Assembly (NCBI GenBank): GCA_030141605.1 | Contig: JAQGDQ010000958.1 | Coordinates: 11,911 to 75,910, forward strand | Origin: Tubiluchus corallicola | Lineage: Eukaryota; Animalia; Priapulida | Length of the DNA: 64,000 nucleotides | Direction of reading: 5' to 3' | Part shown: piece after piece, positions 63,946-64,000 of the stretch | How the letters are laid out: each line of letters opens with the position of its first letter | How positions within the stretch are numbered: position 1 is the stretch's first letter | The notes under the pieces: generated by a model | Seen by the model: only the letters and a program-made list of their open reading frames with translations | Databases searched by the model: none | What the model was told of the DNA's origin: nothing | Made by a program: the position numbers and the translations under genes

Positions 63946-64000
63946 CTATATAATTTTTTTCATACTTGGTGTCACCTTCAGAATCTCTTGTTTACTAGGA

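Noticed and set aside
63966-64000. Exon ending at the gtatga donor at 63965
   Set aside because: The phase needed to join 62623 contains stop codons (TAG TAA), and it cannot be resolved at the window edge.

Overview
AT-rich, intron-rich animal genomic DNA, probably from an invertebrate; a lophotrochozoan is my guess only. Two spliced genes lie on the minus strand. The 5' half of numb has 5 phase-consistent coding exons (16043 down to 1218) encoding the PTB domain and continues off the left edge. The 3' half of MED12/kohtalo has 16 phase-consistent exons (62623 down to the stop at 21751). One 15.8-kb MED12 intron (46539-62383) holds an antisense head-to-tail array of four cassettes in A-B-A-B order, each made of a 54-bp minisatellite plus an uninterrupted class A GPCR ORF. 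Several intronic tandem arrays were seeded from functional sequence. A 67-bp array copies the numb exon-2 end and donor, forming seven potential in-frame 49-nt cassettes. An 81-bp array copies a MED12 acceptor and exon start, giving 13 decoy acceptors. A 45-bp array copies the YADD active site of a LINE reverse transcriptase. Also present: many MITEs (Tigger/pogo, piggyBac-, Kolobok- and hAT-type), LINE tails, SINEs, a duplicated ~380-nt structured intronic element and a CAGGTA(G) motif cluster at the numb 5' end. All calls were made by eye; no database searches were run.
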